Shown piece after piece: positions 47,719 to 55,659 of a stretch of 64,000 nt of DNA. Position 1 is the stretch's first letter. Each line of letters opens with the position of its first letter. The stretch is from assembly GCA_963697385.1 (NCBI GenBank), contig CAVONU010000004.1:963915-1027914 (forward strand). Reading direction: 5' to 3'. The stretch is from an uncultured Acidimicrobiales bacterium. Lineage in GTDB: Bacteria; Actinomycetota; Acidimicrobiia; Acidimicrobiales; CAWCAL01. Both the position numbers and the translations under genes were made by a program. A model generated the notes under the pieces. That model did not search any database, had not been told where the DNA came from, and saw nothing but the letters and a program-made list of their open reading frames with translations.

Positions 47719-47872
47719 GCGTTGACCGGGACTCGCCCCGGGCGTCGAGAGGATAACTGTGGGCACAGCGCTCTCCTCGCCACCGCGCCACGCCTGGGAT
47801 GTCCGGGATGAGCACAGCGCATACCCCCAGATAGACGACGCGTATCGGGTGGTGCCGGGCAAGGGCGGGTGA
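47719..47872 (+). repeat. relA-3'-end repeat unit A (arm plus 36-nt core 47837-47872)
   Basis: Core GACGCGTATCGGGTGGTGCCGGGCAAGGGCGGGTGA is 35/36 identical to relA 46914-46949. Arm ATAACTGTGGGCACAGCGCT...GAGCACAGCGCATACCC is shared with units B and C. Confidence 0.9.
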
Positions 47873-48003
47873 GCGCAAGCCCTGACCTCCCTTAGGGTTC
47901 TCGCCGGGTTGCTCGTCGGCAGGATCGAGCACAGCGCTCGTCGAGGTGATACTTGCGGGAACAGGCACCTAGCCGATCGTCTTGCGGGTCAAGTGGAGCG
48001 CGA

Positions 48004-48537
48004 TCAAACCAATGTCCCGTCGGCGGCTGCCAGCCTCGATGAGTTCCAGGTAGTCCAGCTAGCCGGGGGTGGTGACGTATGAAGGACCTGGATCTCGAGC
48101 AGCTCGCTTTCCGGGGCGTGAACTGCGGCCTGACGGGCGTCGAGCTCCGCCCGGACGCGGATGATGAGCTCGTCGAGCGTCGCCTGGGCGATCACGGGAT
48201 CGCGGTCGGACACCTCGACCAGCATCAGAGGGTCCTTGTCGTCGACGGTGATGGTGTAGTCGGGGGAGAAGCCGGCGGCCTCGAGCTCGGCGCGGACCTC
48301 CGCGGTGCCGACGATGAGCGCGAGGTTGGCGAGGGTCGCCTGGCGCGGGACGGTCGGCCCGTCAGCCGACCCGCTCTGGAAGAGGACGCCGTCGCTGGCG
48401 GCGATCACCATCGACGCGCTGGCCCGATAGTCGCGGTCGCCGCGACCTGCGACGAACATCGCGGCGAGCGCGAAGCCGGCCAGGACGGGTACGACGATGT
48501 ACCAGCGCCGCCCGAGCGCCTTCGCCGACTCGCTCAT
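48004..48537 (-). CDS. hypothetical membrane-anchored protein, possibly a truncated Wzz/chain-length-determinant-like N-terminal half (cassette 2)
   Basis: ATG 48537. MSESAKALGRRWYIVVPVLAGFALAAMFVAG (N-terminal TM), then a soluble alpha/beta-looking region. No second TM, and the C-terminal ~25 residues look like junk. Confidence 0.45.
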   Translation of the reverse strand: MSESAKALGRRWYIVVPVLAGFALAAMFVAGRGDRDYRASASMVIAASDGVLFQSGSADGPTVPRQATLANLALIVGTAEVRAELEAAGFSPDYTITVDDKDPLMLVEVSDRDPVIAQATLDELIIRVRAELDARQAAVHAPESELLEIQVLHTSPPPASWTTWNSSRLAAADGTLV

Positions 48538-48646
48538 GTCCACTGTGATCCCGTCGCTCAGAGTGGTGTGACTACTCGTACCTAAGGCAGATCGCCGGGG
48601 CACCCGCAAACCTGCCGGTGCCCCGAGGGTACCCGCAGGGGTGAAG

Positions 48647-48869
48647 GGTGGGCCCTCGCCCCCGGCCAACCGGGACTAGCGAGTGGCACCGCAACTGGTC
48701 AGCGTCGTCTGCCTGCGGGCTTTCGCTGCACAACCACCTAGTTCGGCAGGGGCCTGAATGGCGGGCCCGCCGACGCGTTCATGTCGCCATGTCGCTCGGC
48801 GGGTCCCGCCTCAGGTCGGTGGTGGCTCCCAGTGGTGCCCCTCGCCCCCGGCCACCCGGGACCAGCGAG
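48647..48869. repeat. pair of ~36-bp direct repeats 187 bp apart inside a 460-bp non-coding stretch
   Basis: GGTGGGCCCTCGCCCCCGGCCAACCGGGACTAGCGAG (48647-48683) versus GGTGCCCCTCGCCCCCGGCCACCCGGGACCAGCGAG (48834-48869). Confidence 0.8.
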
Positions 48870-48928
48870 CCGTCGGCCGGTCCAAGAGGCCACGGCTGTC
48901 ACGCGATGAGGTCAACGTGCCGTCAGGG

Positions 48929-49120
48929 GCGTTGACCACCGTCTCCTGCTCGTCCTCGCCGACACGATGAGCACGCTCGCCCGGACCGGGCGTCGAGCGC
49001 ATAACTGTGGGCACAGCGCTCGCGCGGAAACCCGCTCAGGTAAGGCAAGTCGGTGGTGGGCACAGCGCACACCCTCAGATAGACGACGCATACCGAGTCG
49101 TGCCCGGCAAGGGCGGGTGA
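48929..49120 (+). repeat. relA-3'-end repeat unit B (arm plus 36-nt core 49085-49120)
   Basis: Core GACGCATACCGAGTCGTGCCCGGCAAGGGCGGGTGA is 32/36 identical to relA, and all 4 differences are synonymous third positions. The arm is as in unit A, with a ~45-nt insertion after GCGTTGACC. Confidence 0.9.
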
Positions 49121-49332
49121 CCAGCCACCAGCTGTCGCTGGAGAGCCGGTACGATTCCCGCCCGAATCACCGGCGACCGCCGGTCCCACCACCGACTCGG
49201 GAGCTCGCCCTCGGGATCGTCCCCCTCCTCCCCCCGTGACCGCCGGGCTCATCGACCGACGAAGCCGCTCCCCGAATCCCGACCGATCGGCTGACCCACT
49301 AAGTCTCGGAGAGCTCTCATGACTCGTACAGG

Positions 49333-49854
49333 ATGATGACCGAGGACTTCGATACCTGGTATGCCGACCTCCGCCCCGCGATGGGTGTCGCGTTGGCCGC
49401 GTGGTGCGGCGACGCGTCGGTCGCCGCGGACGCGCTCGACGAGAGCTTCGCCAGGGCGATCGAACGGTGGGACCGGGTGCGTCGCCTCGATTCGCCGGCC
49501 GGTTGGGTCTGGCGGACGGCCACCAACATCGTGCGTCGCCGTGAGCGTCGCCATGCGATGGAAGCACGTCTCCTTCGACGCCAGTCGTCACCGGACGCGG
49601 GTGCACCCGATCGTGTCGAAGACGATCTCGACCTGCGCCAAGCCCTTCGCGCCCTGACCGAGCGGCAGCGTACGGCCGTTGTCCTGTACTACGTGGCTGA
49701 TCTTCCGGTCGCCGAGGTCGCGCTCGCCATGGGTGTGGCCGACGGCACGGTGACCGCCACCCTGCACCAGGCGCGCCAGCGCCTGAACGACGCACTCGTT
49801 CCCGCTCCATCCGGCGCACCAGTCACCGTCACCTCCGAGGGAATGGACCCATGA
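49333..49854 (+). CDS. ECF (group IV) RNA polymerase sigma factor (cassette 3)
   Basis: Region 2-like DALDESFARAIERWDRV...AGWVWRTATNIVRRR and region 4 LTERQRTAVVLYYVADLPVAEVALAMGVADGTVTATLHQARQRL. Confidence 0.85.
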   Translation: MMTEDFDTWYADLRPAMGVALAAWCGDASVAADALDESFARAIERWDRVRRLDSPAGWVWRTATNIVRRRERRHAMEARLLRRQSSPDAGAPDRVEDDLDLRQALRALTERQRTAVVLYYVADLPVAEVALAMGVADGTVTATLHQARQRLNDALVPAPSGAPVTVTSEGMDP

Positions 49855-51137
49855 CAAACCTCGAAGAACGTCTCCGCTCGTTGCGGACCACCACGGTCCC
49901 GCCCGGCCCGGAGCCCCACGTCCTCCAGGCGACAGCCGATGGCCGGCGCCGCCGCCGACGGCTCGCCGCAGCCGGCTGGGTCGGCGCGATCCTGATCGCA
50001 ACGGTCGCAATACTCGGATCGCTCGATGCTGACGACAAGGTGCGGGTGGTCGGCGACCAGCCTCCGACCTCGGACGAACCGTCGCCTGGCGAAACGCCGG
50101 CGGTGCGGACCCTCGGCGGACTCGAAGGCGTCACGGTCGAAGTCGATCCGACCCGTGATCTCCTCGATGGCGCGACGCTGGACATTCGGATGTACGGCCT
50201 CGACCGGCTGACGGATCCGACCATCGTGCTGTGCGCGGGCGACGTCCGGGAGGACACCGTCTCGGACCGGTGCGAACTCCGACCGCTCGACCGCCTGTCG
50301 ACCAGCGACAGCTACGTCGAGGTCGCAGCTCGTCGAACGGTCGAGGCGCGACGCGTGATCCACCTCGCCGAGCCGTTCGACTGTGCGACTGAACCGGCGG
50401 GCTGCGTCCTGGCGGTCGGCAACAATGACCTCCCGGCCCGGGCCGTGCTGACACCGCTGACCTTCCGCCCGGTCCCAATGCCCGAGCCGGTGGTCTGGGT
50501 GGAGCCCGACAGCGGGCTGCACGATCTCGATCCAATCACGGTCCGCGCCACGGGTCTCCGGGCCGCCAGCTCGTACTCGATCCAGATCTGCACTGCGGGC
50601 GAGGACAGCGTGTGTGACCACGTCACCGATTCCGCCAGGTTCGACGAGCAGGGAAACGTGGAGACCGACACGTTCGTCCGCGCCGCCCTGTACACCGAGA
50701 AGGGCCGAATCGACTGCACCGCCAGGCCTTGCGTGGTCGCCCTGAGAGAGGACTTCGACCGTCCGGCAGTCGCGACGCCGATCACCTTCGCCGAAGATGC
50801 GGTCGCGCCCGTTCCTGCCCTCGAGCTCGATCCCCCCGGGCCCTACGTCGACGGCCAGACGATCACGGTGCGGGGTTCGGGCTTTCTCCCCGGGTTCGAC
50901 CTCACCGCGAAGATCGGACAATGCCCGGCCGACAAGGACACCGCGGTCGAGCTGAGGTGCGAGCCCATTCTCGAGAAGATCATCGTGGACGCCGACGGTC
51001 GCTTCACGACCCAACACACCCTGTCGGAGACCTTGATGGTCACCGACTCGTGCACCGATGAGCCGGGTTGCGTCCTCGGCTGGGTCCTCCACCACGGTCC
51101 CATCGTCGCGATCGCCGAGCTCACGTTCGAGGACTGA
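49851..51137 (+). CDS. single-pass membrane protein (anti-sigma position) with three extracytoplasmic 4-Cys, neocarzinostatin-like domains
   Basis: ATGA overlap with the sigma gene. RRRRRRLAAAGWVGAILIATVAILGSL TM. Three ~100-aa repeats, each with two Cys pairs (for example C..GEDSVC ... DCTARPC; QC...LRC ... SCTDEPGC). Confidence 0.6.
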   Translation: MTNLEERLRSLRTTTVPPGPEPHVLQATADGRRRRRRLAAAGWVGAILIATVAILGSLDADDKVRVVGDQPPTSDEPSPGETPAVRTLGGLEGVTVEVDPTRDLLDGATLDIRMYGLDRLTDPTIVLCAGDVREDTVSDRCELRPLDRLSTSDSYVEVAARRTVEARRVIHLAEPFDCATEPAGCVLAVGNNDLPARAVLTPLTFRPVPMPEPVVWVEPDSGLHDLDPITVRATGLRAASSYSIQICTAGEDSVCDHVTDSARFDEQGNVETDTFVRAALYTEKGRIDCTARPCVVALREDFDRPAVATPITFAEDAVAPVPALELDPPGPYVDGQTITVRGSGFLPGFDLTAKIGQCPADKDTAVELRCEPILEKIIVDADGRFTTQHTLSETLMVTDSCTDEPGCVLGWVLHHGPIVAIAELTFED

Positions 51138-51369
51138 CCGGGGCGGTCTCCTTCGGGGTCCGCCGGCAGAGTTGACCGGCCATCGTCGAGGCGATCTGCG
51201 TGATTCGATGGCGGTGATCAGGGGTGAGTCGGGTCCGCGGCGTGTGCGACCTCTCCGGGGCTGATGGAGGGAGGCGTGGGGTGTGGCGCGGCTCGGGTAC
51301 CCTGCTCTCGGAACGAGGCGGATCGGATCGCGAGGAGCGCACGTTGGCGGCGACAGTGGATTCGCCTGC

Positions 51370-52266
51370 ATGGCGATAGGGACTCGATTCAACGACGTCC
51401 AGTCGTTCGACGGAACGAGCCTGGCCTGGACCTCCTCCGGTGACGGCGACCTCGCCGTGGTCCTGGCCAACGGAATCGCCTGCACCGACACGTACTGGAC
51501 CTTCCTCTACCCCTACCTCGCGGAGCGCGGGCACAAGGTCGTCTTCTGGGACTACCGGGCGCACGGGCGCTCGGGGCTTCCGGTGAACCCCAACGAGATC
51601 ACGCTCAGCTCCCACGCCCGCGATCTCCTGGCCGTCGCCGGCGCCGCCGGAGTGGAGCGCGCGGTCCTCGTCGGTCACTCGATGGGAGTGCAGACAATCC
51701 TCGAGGCGTATCGCATGTCCCCTTCACTCGTCGCCGGCCTCATTCCGGTCGCGGGCCCCTACGAGCACCCGGCGAAGACGCTCTACGGACAGCCGATCTG
51801 GCAGTATCTCTTCCCGTTCATGGAGCTGTCGGTGATGCCGGTCCCGTGGCTGACCAGGGCGGCGTGGCGTTCGCTCACCGAGCAGGGCGACCTCATGTAC
51901 TGGTCGGGACGCATGGGACGGCTGATCGGTGGAAGAGCCTCCAGGGAGCTGATGGCCGAGTATTTCGCTCACCTCTCGGAGCTCGACCCGCTGATCTCGT
52001 TCCGGATGGCCAAGGCGATGGGGGATCACTCAGCGAAGGACCTCCTTCCCGAGATTGAGGCGCCGACGCTCGTCCTGGCCGGGGCCAAGGACGTGATGAC
52101 GCCCCCGATGGTGGCCGAGGAGATGGCGGAGAGCATCCCGAACGCCCGCCTCGAGATCCTCTCGAAGGGGTCGCACACCCTGCCCATCGATGAGCCGAAC
52201 CGCGTCAACCGCCTCGTCGAGGAGTTCGTCACCGAGGTCGAACAGGCCGAACGCGCGCGCATGTGA
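51370..52266 (+). CDS. alpha/beta-fold hydrolase (cassette 3)
   Basis: ATG 51370. WDYRAHGRSG, nucleophile elbow GHSMG, C-terminal GSHTLPIDEP. Confidence 0.8.
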   Translation: MAIGTRFNDVQSFDGTSLAWTSSGDGDLAVVLANGIACTDTYWTFLYPYLAERGHKVVFWDYRAHGRSGLPVNPNEITLSSHARDLLAVAGAAGVERAVLVGHSMGVQTILEAYRMSPSLVAGLIPVAGPYEHPAKTLYGQPIWQYLFPFMELSVMPVPWLTRAAWRSLTEQGDLMYWSGRMGRLIGGRASRELMAEYFAHLSELDPLISFRMAKAMGDHSAKDLLPEIEAPTLVLAGAKDVMTPPMVAEEMAESIPNARLEILSKGSHTLPIDEPNRVNRLVEEFVTEVEQAERARM

Positions 52267-52398
52267 GCGGAGACTGCCCCCTCGCAGCGCCCCGCAGCGG
52301 CGCGATCAGCCAAGTCCCGTCGGAGCCGTTGAGCGGCTTCCTCGCATGTGGCCGCAGCCGGGGTGGCTGGCGAGATCTCGACCGATCCTCGCGCCGAC

Positions 52399-52516
52399 AA
52401 CTGTGGGCACAGCGCTTGGGCGGAACCCCGATCTGGCAAGGGGAGTCGGGGGTGTGCAGAGCGCACACCCCGGGATGGGCGACGCGTACCGGGTGGTGCC
52501 GGGCAAGGGCGGGTGA
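52399..52516 (+). repeat. relA-3'-end repeat unit C (arm plus 36-nt core 52481-52516)
   Basis: Core is 36/36 identical to relA 46914-46949. Arm AACTGTGGGCACAGCGCT...GTGCAGAGCGCACACCCC. Perfect hairpin GGGGTGTGC-AGAGC-GCACACCCC at 52449-52471. Confidence 0.9.
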
Positions 52517-52649
52517 CCGCGATCCATTGCCCTGCCTCGGGAATGGCCTGGCTGCCTCGCGCCGTCGGGACGCGGACCTTTGCCCCTGGGAGTGAACGCC
52601 TACCTGCGGGAAGATGGTGGGTGCCACCGATCATGGGAGGGGGTCGAGG

Positions 52650-53255
52650 GTGCGTTGGGTTGCCATCGTCCTCGCTGTGGTGCTCGTTGCCGCCTCGTGT
52701 GGAGACGACGACGATGAGGCGAACACCTCCACGACGACGACCGAAGCCGCTGCCACCGACTCGACGAGTCCGACAGAGCCGCTCGAGACGACCGCGACCG
52801 GAACGATCAACCTCTCGGTGCAGGACTGGGCGGGCGTGAGTGGGTATCGGCTACTGGCCGGGGTCCGGACCGGGGGCGATGCGGGTGAGATCGTCGGCGG
52901 GGCGTTCTGGACGATCATCGACAGCGACCCATTCTCCGGCGAAGACGTCGTGCACCCGGCGTACCACGGCGACGTGGAGCCAGAAGGCGCCGAGACCTGG
53001 GCGGAGGGCGACTACCTCTGGGACGAAACGGCGCTTCTCGAGCCCGGCACCTACGTGATCGATTTCTGGGCGAACCCCGGAGAGCTTGCGCCCTACGGGA
53101 GCCACCTCCCCGCCGAACCCATCGAGCGTCGGTGCTGGGTGGAGGTCCGGGTCGAAGCCGGCGAAGCGTCGACCGTCATTCTCTCGGAGATCCCCGCGCC
53201 AGCGACGAGCTCAGGAGCCCCTGAATTCGAGCGATGCCCGATGGTGGACTCGTAG
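52650..53255 (+). CDS. hypothetical lipoprotein
   Basis: GTG 52650 after a GGGAGGGGG RBS-like run. Lipobox LVAASCG, acidic/Thr linker. No recognised domain. Confidence 0.55.
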   Translation: MRWVAIVLAVVLVAASCGDDDDEANTSTTTTEAAATDSTSPTEPLETTATGTINLSVQDWAGVSGYRLLAGVRTGGDAGEIVGGAFWTIIDSDPFSGEDVVHPAYHGDVEPEGAETWAEGDYLWDETALLEPGTYVIDFWANPGELAPYGSHLPAEPIERRCWVEVRVEAGEASTVILSEIPAPATSSGAPEFERCPMVDS

Positions 53256-53404
53256 AGGCGTCGGCGACATCGTTGGGCAGTGGAGGTTGGGGGAGTGATG
53301 GGGCTTCTGGCTCGGGACGTACCCCTGGAGGCGATGTCCTGCCGGACGGGGAGTGATAGGGGAGCGTCGTCGTGCCCGGCACGGGTGGCCGAGCCGGATC
53401 CCGC

Positions 53405-54442
53405 CTACTTACCGCGGTAGGGAGCCGGGCCGCGGTAGTTGTTGAACGCGTCGCCGGCCAGGACGACGGTCTTCTCGGCGGGGTCGTCCGGGTCGTAGGA
53501 CACGATCTCGTTGCCGCCTACGTTGGTCCGCGCCACGACGATCTGGTCATCGGTGACCCACGACGGCTCCGAGTAGCCGGCACCCGGCAGGCCGGAGCCG
53601 TCGGCGGTTCGCGCCGAGTTGGCGCCGTCGAGATCGCCGACCGCGTTGTCCCAGTCCAGAACGCCGACCATGCGGAGCGCCGCCAGGCGCATCCCGTTCG
53701 GGCTCACGTACGGATCCCAGTCGCCTTGTTCGGGCCGGCCCTGGGCCGAGTCGTCGGAGAGCTGGGTTTGGCCCGAGCCGTCGCTGTTCATGATCCACGG
53801 CTCCTGGCTCGCAAAGCCGATGCCGTCGTCGATGCGAATGAAGACGATCCGACCATCCGGGTGCCACGAGGGGTCGATGCTGTACTGCGTGCCGTCGGTG
53901 AGGCGAGTGTGGCCGGTGCCGTCGATGCGACACTTGTGGATCGAGAAGCTCGCCTCGCCGGTCACCCGCGCCGCGAAGACGAACTCCGTTCCGTCGGGGC
54001 TCCACTCGAGGTGGCCCCAGTCCACGTAGTCGAGCTCCTTGTTCTGCTCATCGCCCGGCGTCAGCGACAGAATTCGGGATGGGTTCGATCCGTCGATGTC
54101 TGCGATCCAGAACTCGTCCACGAGGTTGCCGGTGTGGCCCTTCACGTCCGACGCGTAGAGGATCTGCGACCCGTCCGGAGATGGCCGGGGCCAGTGATAC
54201 CGACGCTCTCCGAACGACTGAAGCGCCACGGGAGGCGACGAGCCATCGATGGGGGCGACGCCGATCACCGATCCGTCGCCTGCCGCGTCGTTCGTGAACC
54301 ACTCGAACGCGATCATGTCCGCGGCCCGAGCCGGCGGTGCCGACGTCGTGCAGGATGTCGCCACGATCGCCAGAGCGCCGAGCACTGCCATCGCCAGCGA
54401 CAGCAGCGGCCTCCGACCGACCGTCCGTACCAGGATCCCCAT
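53405..54442 (-). CDS. TolB-like (PD40/WD40-like) beta-propeller lipoprotein
   Basis: ATG 54442. Signal/lipobox LGALAIVATSCT. Repeated PSPDGSQILY, WSPDGTEFVF, PSWHPDGRIVF, VSPNGMRLA blades. Confidence 0.75.
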   Translation of the reverse strand: MGILVRTVGRRPLLSLAMAVLGALAIVATSCTTSAPPARAADMIAFEWFTNDAAGDGSVIGVAPIDGSSPPVALQSFGERRYHWPRPSPDGSQILYASDVKGHTGNLVDEFWIADIDGSNPSRILSLTPGDEQNKELDYVDWGHLEWSPDGTEFVFAARVTGEASFSIHKCRIDGTGHTRLTDGTQYSIDPSWHPDGRIVFIRIDDGIGFASQEPWIMNSDGSGQTQLSDDSAQGRPEQGDWDPYVSPNGMRLAALRMVGVLDWDNAVGDLDGANSARTADGSGLPGAGYSEPSWVTDDQIVVARTNVGGNEIVSYDPDDPAEKTVVLAGDAFNNYRGPAPYRGK

Positions 54443-54549
54443 CACTCCGACCTCCGACCGCGCACGCTGCTCCGAACCCACAGCGTCGGACGTTCCTCGC
54501 TCTCGTTGAGGAGACATGGATCGATTCCTCCTCCGGGTGGACGGTGCCG

Positions 54550-55464
54550 TTACCGGTCGAGGGCAGCGAAGAAGACCATCAGGGTCGTGCCGAGCTTGTG
54601 GGTCTCGGCAAAGGTGAGGTCGTAGTACTGGCTGAGCCAGTCGAGGGCGTGCCGCTCGTCGGTGGTCCACACCGAGGTGTAGCTGACCGGACCGGACACG
54701 TCGGGCCGAGGCCGCAGCGGATCGGATCCCGTGGTCCCGGCGATGCCGTGGATGAACCGCAGGGCCATGATCCCTGTCTTCTGGAGCTGGTCCCGGGGGA
54801 TGCCCCAGTGCCGGGCAGCGAAGATCAGGTTGGCGTGCTCGGCCTGCGTGTACGCGGTCGTCACCTCCGACATGGGAGGAATGGCAACCGGCAGCGAGGA
54901 CACGGTGCGTCGGGTCCGCTGATCGGTGATGACCACGTTGATCCGGGCAGGGGCGGCATGCCCGATGGGCTCGATGAACGAGAGATCGCGCAGGCCCTCG
55001 GGCGTGCCGATGGCACAGAACTGACCGCCGCGGAGCCGACGTCCGGTGTCCGCGTCGTAGAGTTGTACCCGGGTCCGAAGTTCTCTGCAGACACCGAGGT
55101 TCTTCCACCGGGCGAACAACTCGGGGTCGTACGACTCCCAGTTGGACACATCGAACTCGTGGCGGACGTACCAGCCGCTTGGCGTGGAGTAGGCCTTCCG
55201 TCCGGTGAACGTGACCGTGGGGGCAGGCAGGGCAGGGGGACGGGCTCGTCCGGGGTCGACCTTGCCCGGGGGCAGCTCCTCCGCCCCGCAGGTCACGATG
55301 TTCAGGCACGGCTCGGGGCGTGGGATCGGCGTCGATTCCGCGGCGCTGGCCGCCGGGATCGCCGTGGCGATCACTGCGACGACCATGCCCAGACCGACGA
55401 GGGCTCGCCTGAGCACCCCTCCGGTCCGGGTCGTCTCCTGCTCGGCTGCGCTGGTCGTCGACAT
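54550..55464 (-). CDS. hypothetical secreted protein (Tat-like RR signal)
   Basis: LRRALVGLGMVVAVIATAIPAASA signal. Cys-containing mature part. No family recognised. Confidence 0.5.
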   Translation of the reverse strand: MSTTSAAEQETTRTGGVLRRALVGLGMVVAVIATAIPAASAAESTPIPRPEPCLNIVTCGAEELPPGKVDPGRARPPALPAPTVTFTGRKAYSTPSGWYVRHEFDVSNWESYDPELFARWKNLGVCRELRTRVQLYDADTGRRLRGGQFCAIGTPEGLRDLSFIEPIGHAAPARINVVITDQRTRRTVSSLPVAIPPMSEVTTAYTQAEHANLIFAARHWGIPRDQLQKTGIMALRFIHGIAGTTGSDPLRPRPDVSGPVSYTSVWTTDERHALDWLSQYYDLTFAETHKLGTTLMVFFAALDR

Positions 55465-55659
55465 CGTGGTTCCTCTCGAAGGGCGTGATCGCCGGTCTCG
55501 GCGGGCTCACCACCTTTGATGCGGGGAGGGGCGGTCGAGTTCGCGGAGACTCTCGATCCCTGTCCGGTGGCTGATCACCTGCGGCCCGGCATCCGGACGG
55601 GTCGCCGGCCCCGTACACCTGATGGAGCCCGTCCATCGGCGTCTCGAAGGAGCCCGAGA

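Noticed and set aside
47066-47968. A 300-aa minus-strand ORF spanning the cupredoxin gene and unit A.
   Set aside because: It is antisense to a gene with a clear lipoprotein signal and Cu-site motifs. Its apparent conservation across units (SPALARHHP..RV...GVCA) reflects nucleotide conservation of the repeat, not a protein.
46914-52516. The relA-end repeats as a diversity-generating retroelement (template/variable repeat pair).
   Set aside because: No reverse transcriptase is nearby. Identity spans only 36 nt. The mismatches are not adenine-specific (C>T, G>A, G>C), and all are synonymous.
47719-52516. The relA-end repeats as classical integron attC sites.
   Set aside because: No intI-like gene or attI is adjacent to the array. 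I could not find paired RYYYAAC/GTTRRRY core sites or the imperfect-palindrome organisation of attC. Cassette 2 is in the opposite orientation.
52190-52516. The 108-aa ORF ending in ...GDAYRVVPGKGG as a real relA-tail-containing gene.
   Set aside because: Its 5' part overlaps the hydrolase gene's 3' end in another frame and is low-complexity. Only the last ~39 codons correspond to the repeat unit. It is more simply a chance open frame through unit C.
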